Shown here: positions 1 through 8,856 of the stretch, piece after piece
How the letters are laid out: every line of letters begins with the position of its first letter
How positions within the stretch are numbered: the stretch's first letter is position 1
From: an uncultured Acidobacteriota bacterium
Lineage (GTDB): Bacteria > Acidobacteriota > UBA6911
NCBI GenBank assembly: GCA_963843575.1
Contig: CAWJKZ010000026.1
Span: forward strand, 64,001-128,000
Reading direction: 5' to 3'
DNA: 64,000 nucleotides
The notes under the pieces: generated by a model
Database searches by the model: none
The model's input: only the letters and a program-made list of their open reading frames with translations
What the model was told of the DNA's origin: nothing
Made by a program: the position numbers and the translations under genes

Positions 1-1471
1 TGAATCGTGGCGCAGGAGGGGAAGCAGATCCTTCGAGAAATCGACGCTGCCTGCGGATTGCAGAAGCCTGAGCGCGTAGAGGATCTGGCGTTCCTGGTTC
101 CCCTCCAGGGTGCCGAGCAGGAGGCGGATGGACTCGGGATCGGTGACGAAGCGGTTCACCTCGCTCAGGTCCAGCTCGCGACGGCTCAACTGCTGGCGGA
201 AGGCGGCCAGGTAGGAGTTGCGGAGCTCCAGGCAGATGTAGATCGACGCCGCGGTGAGGCCGATGATCGCCACCGACGAACCCCGCAGCCCCAGGGGGAG
301 GTAACGGGTCGTCACGCCGAAGATGATGACCCCGGCCAGCGCGCGCCCGACACGGTCGATGAACACGTCGATGAACAGTTTAATCTTCTTGCGGACCTCC
401 GGCGACAAGGGCATGTAGAGGAGTTCCAGACCGGCCCGGTTGAGGGAGTAGCGGAAGACCGAGTCGCTTCCTTCCACCAGGACCGTCATCAACAGTGTCG
501 GGGCGATCAGAACCCCGACCGACGAGACGAGCACGGCCGAGGGGAGGAACAGCGTGGCGGCCCAGATTCCGAAGCGCCGGACGACGATGCCGGTGGCCAG
601 GATCTGCAGGGCAATCCCGACGATGTTGGTGTAGAAGTTGAAGCTCGCGAAAAACTCGTCGATTCTCGCGTGTTGTTGTTCCCTGGGCACACCCGAGAAC
701 GCCCTCTGGACGGCGTCGTTGATCTGCCAGTCGGCCAGCTGCGAGGTGATCATGATGAGGAGGATGAAGACCACCATGAGCGAGCAGGTGCCGCGATCCG
801 AAGACCATCCGCAGCAAGTCGCTGGTTTTCTCCCCCTCCGTTTCGAACCTGCGTTGTGCGCGGACGGGGGCGGTATCCTTGCGCCGGTAGCGCCACGCGA
901 CAAAGCTCAGGAGGATCAGCCCCGTGCAGATCGCGACGCAGATGAGCAGCAGCCTTCCCGTTCCGAGGGGCACCCGCAGCTCCCGCACCAGGAAGCTCCC
1001 GGTCAGGGCTCCGGTGCTCGCGCCGGCGCCAAGAAGCCCGTAGATCCGCTTGGCCTGGCGGTTGTCGTAGATGTACCCGGCCAGGAGCCAGAACTGAGCC
1101 ACCAGGAGGACGGGAGCGACCTGCACGTAGACGTAATAGATGTAAGGCAGCAGGTTGATGTCGCGCCCCATTGCCCAGCCGAAGTAGAAGAGCGTCCCGA
1201 TCATCAGGATGTTGGTGGCGGTGATGAGCGCGATCGCCGAGAGCCTGCGCCCGAGCTTGAAGATCGGCGTGGCGAGCGTGCCGGCAAACAGCGCGCTTAG
1301 CCAGTAGGCATACACCAGGTGGCTGGAGGGGAGATTGGTCAAGAAAAGGCCGCTGCGCAGGGGTTTCAGGATGTAGTAGGAGGTCAAGGCGCCGAAGATG
1401 TAAAGGAACATCAGCGAGGTGACCAGTCCCTCGCCGCGCCTTATCGGGATCCAATCGGATAGCCACTTCAT
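1..1471 (-). CDS. NTT/TLC-family (ATP/ADP translocase-like) MFS nucleotide transporter with C-terminal helical (HEAT-like) extension; runs off the window start; one frameshift near 781
   Basis: N-terminal 'YYILKPLRSGLFL' and 'QFWLLAGYIYDNRQAKRIYGLLGAGASTG'. After the frameshift the alternative frame reads 'FRYSLNRAGLELLYMPLSPEVRKKIKLFIDVFIDRVG' followed by a soluble helical region 'ILYALRLLQS...LLPLLRHDS'. Confidence 0.8.
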
Positions 1472-1677
1472 CTGGACGTCTCACTCTCAGTTCCGGCGCG
1501 TGAACCGCCCTGACCGGATTTTCCAGATTGGCTTTTTCCGGCTCAACCTACCAGAGCTCATCCCGCGCGCCGGCCGCCGATGCGTCGTCTCCAAGCCAAA
1601 GGATACAGTGATAATATGTAGTGGGTAGAACAAAATGTCGGCTATATCCCTGGCCCGTATCCCGTGCCCGGTGACCT

Positions 1678-3135
1678 ATGGCTTCCCCGCAACCGGCCCC
1701 CGAGAACGCGCGCGTCTTCCATTGGCCTGCTTGCCTGCTGCCGGCGGTGGCCGTTGTCGTTTACCTGGCAGGCCGGAGCCCATTTCTTGGTCAGTGGGAC
1801 AGTTTTGACTACCTGAAGGAAACGGTCACCCACAGTCTTTCCTCCCTCGGTTTCGGGCGATCCGTATTCGTCGGCTACAATATCGTGCTCTGGGAAGTTT
1901 CCCGGCGGGCCTTCCACTTGTCGCCGCTCGAGTTCGAGGATGTGGCGCTGCTGGTGGTGGTTTTGCTGGGGGCGGCGGGGGTCTGGCTTTTCGAGCGCCT
2001 CGCGCGCGGGCTGCTGCCCGCGACCGCGGCCCGGATGGCTGCGCTCGCTTTTCTGCTGTCGCCTTCCTACGCCGTCTATGCCGGCTACTTCATGGCGGAC
2101 GTGCCGATGCTCGTGGCGGCATTGGCGGGCGCCGCCGTGCTCTGGCCCGAACAGTCCCGCGGCCGCGCGCTGCGGGATGCCTGCGCGGGGATCCTGTTCG
2201 GCCTGTCGATCGGGTTGCGCGAGCAGGCCGCCACGCTGGGCCCGGCGTTTCTCTGGATCCTGTGGGTGCGGCGGCCGGCAGGGCGTCAGCGGCTGCGCTC
2301 GGTGGCCGCCTTCGGGCTGTGTGCGGCGGTCGTGACGCTCGCCCCGGTCGTGGCGCTGTATCTCCACGACGCGGACGCATTTGCCCTGAGGATGAACGCC
2401 TGGCTGGCCGCAATACCAATGGGTCGGGCGCATTTTTGGCTCAATGTGCAGGCCAGCGTGCTCTTCACGCTCGCACTCTGTCCCGCCGCTTGGCTGGCCC
2501 TCGCCTGGGCGGCGTTGCGCCGTTTTCGAAACCGCGCTTCGTTGCGTGGCCTTGCACCCCGACCTGCAGCACTGGCCGGTGTCGTCTGCTTTCTCCTGGT
2601 CCCGGTGGCGGCCCTCTGGCGCGACGCAGACGTGCAGTTTCACCCGCGATACACGCTGCTGGCCTTGCCGGCTGCGGTGATCGTCTGCACCCATTTCTAC
2701 CATCGCTGGCTCCCGTCGGGTCGCGCCGCCGTCGTCTGGGCGCTCCTGCAGGTGGCCGCCTTCGGCCTGGCACAGGCCACGCTCGCACCGTTCCGCCAGG
2801 CGCAGGCAGAAAGGAAGGAGTACGCCCGGACCGTTCGTGAAGCCCTGCCGGGACCCGCCATGCTGGTGGCCGGCAGCTACAGCCCGGTGTTCGACTACTA
2901 TCGGGCCGCTGCGGACAGGCCGGGCTGGCAAGTCCTCTGGTCGGGTTGGGGCTGGTCCGGTCGGTCTGCGGAGACGGCAATCCGGGCGGCGTGGGCGCGC
3001 GGCCAGTCTCTCTACCTCTGTGACGGCCCAACCGCCTGGCTGCGCTTCGAAGACGAACGTCTCGACCTCCATTTCATCCTGCAAGGCCACAGGCAAGAGT
3101 CGATCGCCCCCGGCCTGTCCCGGTTCTACCCGTGA
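1678..3135 (+). CDS. Polytopic membrane protein, GT-C fold / glycosyltransferase family 39 (PMT/ArnT)-like
   Basis: 485 aa with about 10-12 hydrophobic segments, an N-terminal loop 'GQWDSFDY', 'GLSIGLREQ' and 'HPRYTLL' motifs. Confidence 0.6.
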   Translation: MASPQPAPENARVFHWPACLLPAVAVVVYLAGRSPFLGQWDSFDYLKETVTHSLSSLGFGRSVFVGYNIVLWEVSRRAFHLSPLEFEDVALLVVVLLGAAGVWLFERLARGLLPATAARMAALAFLLSPSYAVYAGYFMADVPMLVAALAGAAVLWPEQSRGRALRDACAGILFGLSIGLREQAATLGPAFLWILWVRRPAGRQRLRSVAAFGLCAAVVTLAPVVALYLHDADAFALRMNAWLAAIPMGRAHFWLNVQASVLFTLALCPAAWLALAWAALRRFRNRASLRGLAPRPAALAGVVCFLLVPVAALWRDADVQFHPRYTLLALPAAVIVCTHFYHRWLPSGRAAVVWALLQVAAFGLAQATLAPFRQAQAERKEYARTVREALPGPAMLVAGSYSPVFDYYRAAADRPGWQVLWSGWGWSGRSAETAIRAAWARGQSLYLCDGPTAWLRFEDERLDLHFILQGHRQESIAPGLSRFYP

Positions 3136-3307
3136 CCTTCTTCGATCCCCTCGAGAGCTTCAAGTCCTGGAGTTGAGCCGTGGAATTCACCTCGAGCCTC
3201 CAACGCATTCCCGAAGTCGTTCCCGGGCTCCGGGGTTGTGTGCAGTGCGGCACGAACTAGGCTAGAATTGCCCGGCTTCTTGCAGACAGAGGGGAGAAAG
3301 GCAAGGC

Positions 3308-3830
3308 ATGTCGTCACCATCGTTAACGGTAGTTGTAGTTACTGGAAACGCCCGGGACAGGATCTCGCGTCTGCTCGATGCCCTGGCGAAGCAAAGCATT
3401 GCCGGGTCGCTGGAGGTTGTCGTCGTCAGCCTGGCTTCCTCGGAACCGGGCATTGCCTTCCCTCCGGGGATGGAGGCCACCCTGGCTCACCATCCCGGCA
3501 GCTGCGATCTGGGGAGGGCGCGCGCAGAGGGAGTGCGCCGGGCACGTGCTCCGTTGATTGCGTCACCCCGCTTGCGGCGGCATTGATCGCGTGTTTGGAT
3601 TCGACCTCGGCCGCAAAGCCCTGCCGCCGCCCCGCGACGACCTGCGCGACCAGTTTGCCCGCCTGTGCGGTTATTGCGGCTGTTTCCGCGTGTTCAGCCG
3701 CCGGGTGCGACCCGACTTCGAGTTGCGCCCCTCTCGGGAGGAAACGGCCCGACGTGGACTGGTTTCCAGGAGCTGGCGCGAGGCCTACCGCCGCTACCGG
3801 GAAGCGTCGCCGCGCCTGGTTCCTTATTGA
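3308..3830 (+). pseudogene. Chimeric remnant: GT2 glycosyltransferase N-terminus (3308-~3560) joined to an unrelated C-terminal fragment (radical-SAM-like tail)
   Basis: 'LTVVVVTGN...LLDALAKQS...LEVVVV...GRARAEGVRRARAPLIA' breaks off just before the GT2 DxD motif. Another frame gives 'GGIDRVFGFDLGRK...LCGYCGCF...SWREAYRRY'. Confidence 0.5.
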
Positions 3831-3870
3831 TCGAGGCAGGAAAATGAGGCCGGGCGGACCCACGGGGTTG

Positions 3871-5868
3871 TCAGGGTTCTGTGTTCTTGGACAGACGTTC
3901 GAGCTGCGCGGACACGAAGGGACTGGGTTCGAGCGACAGCGCCCGCTCGAAGGCCTCGCGGGCCTCGCGGTACCGGCCCAGGTGCAGACAGAGCGTGCCG
4001 ATGTTCGCGTGTGCGGGGGCGAAATCGGGGTTGATCGCGGCGGCCCGCCGGAATTCGACGAGCGCCTCCTGCAGGTGAACCGGGCCGAGCTTTACCGCGA
4101 GCAGCCCGAGTGTAAAGTGGTTGCGGAAAGACTCCGGGTGCTCGCTCGCGTTGACCGCCATCTCGGCGCGGAAAAGCGAGAGTGTGTCCGGGTCGCGGGC
4201 CAGCGGCTCGAGGTAGGCCGAAACCTGCATCGGCTGTACCGTCCTGATTTCGCTCTCCAGCACGGCGTCGTTTCTGCCGTTGCGTCGCACGTAGATCGCG
4301 ACCACGTCGTCGAAATAGACCAGCGCCCATTCGGCGCGGGGGAAAGCAAGGGTGTCGAGGCTGTCTTCCGGTCTCGCAGGGGGTTGTTCGGGGTAGCGCA
4401 CGACGGCGTAGTCGATCCCGTACTTCTCAACGAGGTCCCGCCAATTCTTGCGTGAGTCGAATGCGTGCACGTACTCGGACAAGATCCCAGGCCCCAGGTA
4501 GACGTCCTCGCGCCCGTCTATGAACACCTTGTGGTCGGGCCCGAGCCTCCAGATCAGGTATCCTCCGATCCCATACGTGTTGAACATGTGCCCGCGGATG
4601 CCGGACGCCTCCAGGAAATCGACCCCGCTCACCGCAAAGACCCCCGAGTGCACCCCGACCCCGAACCTGTAAAAGTACGTCTGGCTCTCGAGCTGCACCA
4701 CCCGGGCAATTAGCAGCGTTGCCGCAAGGGCGGGGACCCACGCCCGGATACGCCCGAGCCATCGGCCCTGGCTCAGGTGCCATGCCAATGTGGGGGCGAG
4801 GAGAAAGACTAGGAGGGGGCGAAAACGGAAAAAGACCAGGGTCAAGGCGAGCAGCAGTGGGAGCAGGAGCCATTCGTAGAGCCGGACGCGCCGCGGCCGC
4901 AGGGCGAAAAACAGGGCCAGGAGGGCCGCGAACACGAGGTAGAGCACGATGGAGAGGTCGACCCCGGCGCGGATCGTCGAGGCCAGGGACTGGAATTCTT
5001 TGTTGTCGAGCGGGCTCTCGGTGCGCAGCAGGCCGTAGAACAGCGCTTTGTAGCCGTGCGGATTCAGGAAGGACGCCGCGACCACGCCCGCAAGCGCCGC
5101 CGCGTGTGGGGCCAGGGCTCTCGAGCCGGCCCGGGAGACTCCACCCGCGGCCGGGCGCCGCTCCCAGGCGCAGTCGAGCAGGAGCGCGCCGGCTAGCGCC
5201 CACCCGAGCAGTGCCGTCCCTCCGTGAAGGTTCACCCACAGCAACTGGGCCGCGGGAAGGAGGGCAAGGAGCCCCGGTTTCACGGCACTCTTCTCGCAGA
5301 CCAGGAGGAACAACGCCGCCAGCGGGATCGAAAGCAGTTCCGGCCGTTCGGTGAAGCGCATGCGCGAGACCGCATATGCGGCCGCGAGCACCAGAAGCGT
5401 GGCGCCGGGCAGGGCCCTCCGGAGGCGCGCGGTCCAGGCAGTCAAGCCGAGCAGCAACGCGACGAGCAAGGCCTTGCCCGCGACGATCGCGGCCGTCCCG
5501 CCGGCCCGGTACGCCCAGTAGGAGATGAGCCCGAAAAGCCACTCGTGCGAAACCCAGGGCTGGCCTGCTGCGGTGTAGGAAAACGGGTCCAGGCGCGGTA
5601 TCGCGCGGTTTTGCAGGATCCAGGCCCCGGTCTTGAGATGCCACCAGAGGTCCAGAGATCGGATGTCACAGAAGGAGATGACGGCGGCGCAGGCGAGCAG
5701 CGGGGCCAGATAGGGCCAGAATCGGATCCCCGTGGGCGCGGCGGGCCCGATCAGGAAATTCGAGGCCCCTGAGCCCCCGCGGCCGGCGCGCGGCGACGCG
5801 GGGTGGCCGGTCCGGCCCCTGCGCCCCGCCTGCCCGGACGCCAGGCGCGCCCCCCGGGGAGCTGTCAC
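3871..5868 (-). CDS. GT-C-like polytopic membrane protein with C-terminal TPR repeats
   Basis: Motifs 'DLWWHLKTG', 'DPFSYT...W..HEWLF', 'LWVNLHGG', 'GGYLIW' and 'VFIDGR', then TPRs ('AAAINPDFAPAHANIG...EAREAFERALSLEP'). Start overlaps the top6A stop (GTGA). Confidence 0.7.
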   Translation of the reverse strand: MTAPRGARLASGQAGRRGRTGHPASPRAGRGGSGASNFLIGPAAPTGIRFWPYLAPLLACAAVISFCDIRSLDLWWHLKTGAWILQNRAIPRLDPFSYTAAGQPWVSHEWLFGLISYWAYRAGGTAAIVAGKALLVALLLGLTAWTARLRRALPGATLLVLAAAYAVSRMRFTERPELLSIPLAALFLLVCEKSAVKPGLLALLPAAQLLWVNLHGGTALLGWALAGALLLDCAWERRPAAGGVSRAGSRALAPHAAALAGVVAASFLNPHGYKALFYGLLRTESPLDNKEFQSLASTIRAGVDLSIVLYLVFAALLALFFALRPRRVRLYEWLLLPLLLALTLVFFRFRPLLVFLLAPTLAWHLSQGRWLGRIRAWVPALAATLLIARVVQLESQTYFYRFGVGVHSGVFAVSGVDFLEASGIRGHMFNTYGIGGYLIWRLGPDHKVFIDGREDVYLGPGILSEYVHAFDSRKNWRDLVEKYGIDYAVVRYPEQPPARPEDSLDTLAFPRAEWALVYFDDVVAIYVRRNGRNDAVLESEIRTVQPMQVSAYLEPLARDPDTLSLFRAEMAVNASEHPESFRNHFTLGLLAVKLGPVHLQEALVEFRRAAAINPDFAPAHANIGTLCLHLGRYREAREAFERALSLEPSPFVSAQLERLSKNTEP

Positions 5869-6992
5869 GGCAGGAACCGCTCCGGGTGGCGGAGCTTCTC
5901 CGGGAGATATGTGTCGATAACGTAATTCAGGCCGTGCTTGGCCAGTGCCTGCTGCTCGGCGCGCACGCCCATTTTGAGTAGTTGCTCCATGGCGTGAATC
6001 CAGGCCTCGTGGTGCCGGATGAAGGGATCGTTCTTGATCGCGTCGCGCGCGCGTTTGACGTCGACATCCTTGAGCGGATGGGTCGGCAGCTTGTAGTCGA
6101 CGATGTCCTGCGGCGTGATGCCGAGGAACGACGCCTGGGGCACGCAGAAGAACTCGTTCAGGTGTGCGGCGTTCCCGGATCCGACCTTCAGCGTCCGGTA
6201 GATGTTAGTGATGCCGTAGGGATCGCCGTCCACGAAAACGTACACCGGGATCTTCTTGAAATCGGCCAGCCGTCGTATGAACCGCCGGCAGGCACGGGTC
6301 GGGACGCCCCCCATGCTGACGAGAATGCAGTTGGCCTTTTTCCAGTAGTTGTGTTTCACGAGCCGCTGGAACATCCCGGCGGTTTCGATGACGAGGATGA
6401 AACTCGCCGAGGTCTCGAACTGGAGACTCTCGACGGAGATGGGAACGCTGTAGGCCCCGGAGCCGAACTTGGTGCAGTCGATGCGCAGCATCTTCCCGGT
6501 GTCCCGGTCGCGATCGAGCACGATGAGACGTCCTGCGACGTCGCCCCCCTTCTCCTCGGGTATGAATCCAAGCTGCTCGCGGTTCACGGCGAAAAAGGCC
6601 TCGACGTCGTCCATCACGGTGTCGGATTCGGGCTGCTCGTTGAAGCGCGCGTCCTCCCAGTTCTTGGAGACGTAGTACGCCTCTCTCTTGGTGGCGATGT
6701 CGTCGTTGGCGACCAGCTCTTTCGAGAGCGCCATCATCCGGAGGGTCTGCGCGAAGGTCTTGACGGTGTTGACCGTCAGGGTGCGCTCTTTCTTCTGGCC
6801 GGCGATCTCGAAAAAGCCGCGCTGAGGCGTGTACCGCACGTTGGTCAGCGAGCGGACAGGGAACTTCATGGTCGGTTTTTTGCGCGCCATGATTTTTCTG
6901 TGGATCTCGGCGGCGGATGCGTCGATGGCCGACAACACCTTCCTGCTGGCGGCGCTGGCGGCTTCGGATTTGCTGCTCTTCTTGCCGGGCAT
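5865..6992 (-). CDS. top6A: DNA topoisomerase VI subunit A (Spo11-like)
   Basis: Catalytic Tyr region 'TKREAYY', 'FNEQPESDTVMDDVE', TOPRIM 'VIETAGMF' and 'FVDGDPYG', and 'AEQQAL'. Confidence 0.95.
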   Translation of the reverse strand: MPGKKSSKSEAASAASRKVLSAIDASAAEIHRKIMARKKPTMKFPVRSLTNVRYTPQRGFFEIAGQKKERTLTVNTVKTFAQTLRMMALSKELVANDDIATKREAYYVSKNWEDARFNEQPESDTVMDDVEAFFAVNREQLGFIPEEKGGDVAGRLIVLDRDRDTGKMLRIDCTKFGSGAYSVPISVESLQFETSASFILVIETAGMFQRLVKHNYWKKANCILVSMGGVPTRACRRFIRRLADFKKIPVYVFVDGDPYGITNIYRTLKVGSGNAAHLNEFFCVPQASFLGITPQDIVDYKLPTHPLKDVDVKRARDAIKNDPFIRHHEAWIHAMEQLLKMGVRAEQQALAKHGLNYVIDTYLPEKLRHPERFLP

Positions 6993-6995
6993 GGG

Positions 6996-8735
6996 CTACT
7001 CCTGCACCGCGTCCTTGGACCGGCTCCGTTCCAGGACGTCTTTCAGGGTGATCACCAGATCTGCCTCCGCCTTCTGCGACAACCCGAGGATCTCGCGCAG
7101 CGCGATGCCGATGTGGGGGATGTACTTCTCGATGTAGGAGCGCTTCTTGTCCTCGTCGACCGCCCTGCGGTGGGCGCGGATGTGCGACGCCAGCTTGCGT
7201 CCGCAGTCCTGCAGCGCCAGGCGCAGCTCCCTCATGATCTCCGGGTAGGCGGCGATCGCCTCCTTGCTCTCGGAGGTGAACGGAACCCAGACCGACGCGA
7301 TGTGGACGAATAGCACCAGCGGTCCCTGCGGCAATGCCCCCTTGGACTGGGACAGCCCGTAGCCGCGCCAGTCCACTCCGAGGACCGACTTTCGTGATCG
7401 CGCAGGCCGCCTGCTGGTACTGCAGCGGGACCCGGTTGGCGAAACGGAGCAGGTCGACGAGTTCGTCGGAGGGTAGCTTCCCGCCGTAGGCCATCCCGAT
7501 CTCCACCTGGAACGGATTGCCCCGGTAGACGGAAGGGGCGCGGGTGATGGCGGTGAAGAAGGCGGCGTCGATCTCCTTTTTCAGCCCTGCCATGAGCTGC
7601 TCCTCGCCGATGGGCGAGAGGCAGTTCGTCGGCGGGCTCATGATCTTTACCGCGCTGATCGCCTTGTAGAGCCGCTCCGCTTCGCTCACCGCGATGGCGT
7701 GCGGGTTGGAGTTCGGTTTCAGCTCCGCCGCCGCGCAGATCTCCAGCGCGACGCGGCTGCTGACACGCGAGAAATCGCGCTGCAGCGCCACGCGCGAGCT
7801 GACGGGCGGTGGTCTCCTTCATCATCTTGATCAGGGCCCCGAGCTCGACGCCGTACGGGTGGGGTTTGATCTGCCGCGGTTCGGGCGGGAGGGTGTCGGA
7901 GCCCCGCGGGAAATGCAGGCTCCCCGCGCCGCCCGGGAAAGAGTAGATAAATCTCGCAGTGCGGGTTGGCGATGGCGGTCTGCCGTATGTAGTCGTCGAT
8001 CGAATGCCGCCCTTTCTTGTAGGTGCCGACGAGCTCGATCTCGACCCGCGTGCCGTGCGGCGGCTCCCACTCCACGACGCTGTCGTTCAGCACCTGCGGG
8101 ATGTTCTTCCTCGTGTCGATCTGGATTTCGTAGTAGTGGGCCGGCTTGTCCGGCGCCGGTGCGCGAGGTCACGACGATCGACTTGCCCGTCGTGAGCAGG
8201 CCGTACATCCCGGCGGCCGAGATGCCGATCCCCTGCTGCCCCCGCGCCTGCTTCAGCGTGTGGAATTTCGACCCGTAGAGCAGCTTGCCGAAGATCTTCG
8301 GGATCTGTGCCTTGACGATGCCCGGCCCGTTGTCCTCGACGGCGATGCGGAACCGGTCCTCGGCGAGCTGCCGGATCTCCACCTTCAGGACCGGGAGTAT
8401 GCCGGCCTCCTCGCAGGCGTCGAGCGAGTTGTCCACCGCTTCCTTGATCGCCGTGAGCAGCGCCTTCTGCGGGTTGTCGAATCCGAGCAGGTGGCGGTTC
8501 TTGGTGAAGAACTCCGATACCGAGATCTCGCGCTGACGCGCGCCATGCTTTCGGCCGTTTCGCGGCGCGAGATGCGGGGGGCGTCTCCGGCAGGCGGGGC
8601 TGCCGCCTCCGGAACCCGGGGGGTGTCCCGTTTCTCTGTGGTTTTTTGTGGCGGCGGGTCCATCAGGCTCAGTTGGTGCGGTACATCGTGATCGGCCCTG
8701 CCGGGGAGGGTGGCTGGCTTGATTCTGGGCGGAAT
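6996..8735 (-). CDS. top6B: DNA topoisomerase VI subunit B (GHKL ATPase + H2TH + transducer); several frameshifts; start at ATT 8735 or ATG 8663
   Basis: Fragments across frames: '[20 protein letters not shown]', '[18 protein letters not shown]', 'VEDNGPGI', 'LLYGSKFH...RGQQGIGIS', 'LRFANRVPL' and '[12 protein letters not shown]'. Confidence 0.92.
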
Positions 8736-8856
8736 ACGGATACTCCTCCTTCCACTGCGATGCGGGTTGAACCCCAAATAATAGGGGATCCCCCGAACCA
8801 ATGCAATCGAACCCGGGCGCTCAGGCGCAGGTCAGGGTGGAGATCGATCCCTGGAG

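Noticed and set aside
3248-3263. Possible sigma54 promoter CGGCACGAACTAGGCT before the GT2 remnant
   Set aside because: GG-N10-GC spacing fits, but the conserved TT before GC is missing; too weak to call.
5865-6992. Top6A-like gene as a Wadjet JetD or other defence nuclease
   Set aside because: It is a full-length Top6A next to a canonical top6B, with no jetABC/SMC genes in the window.
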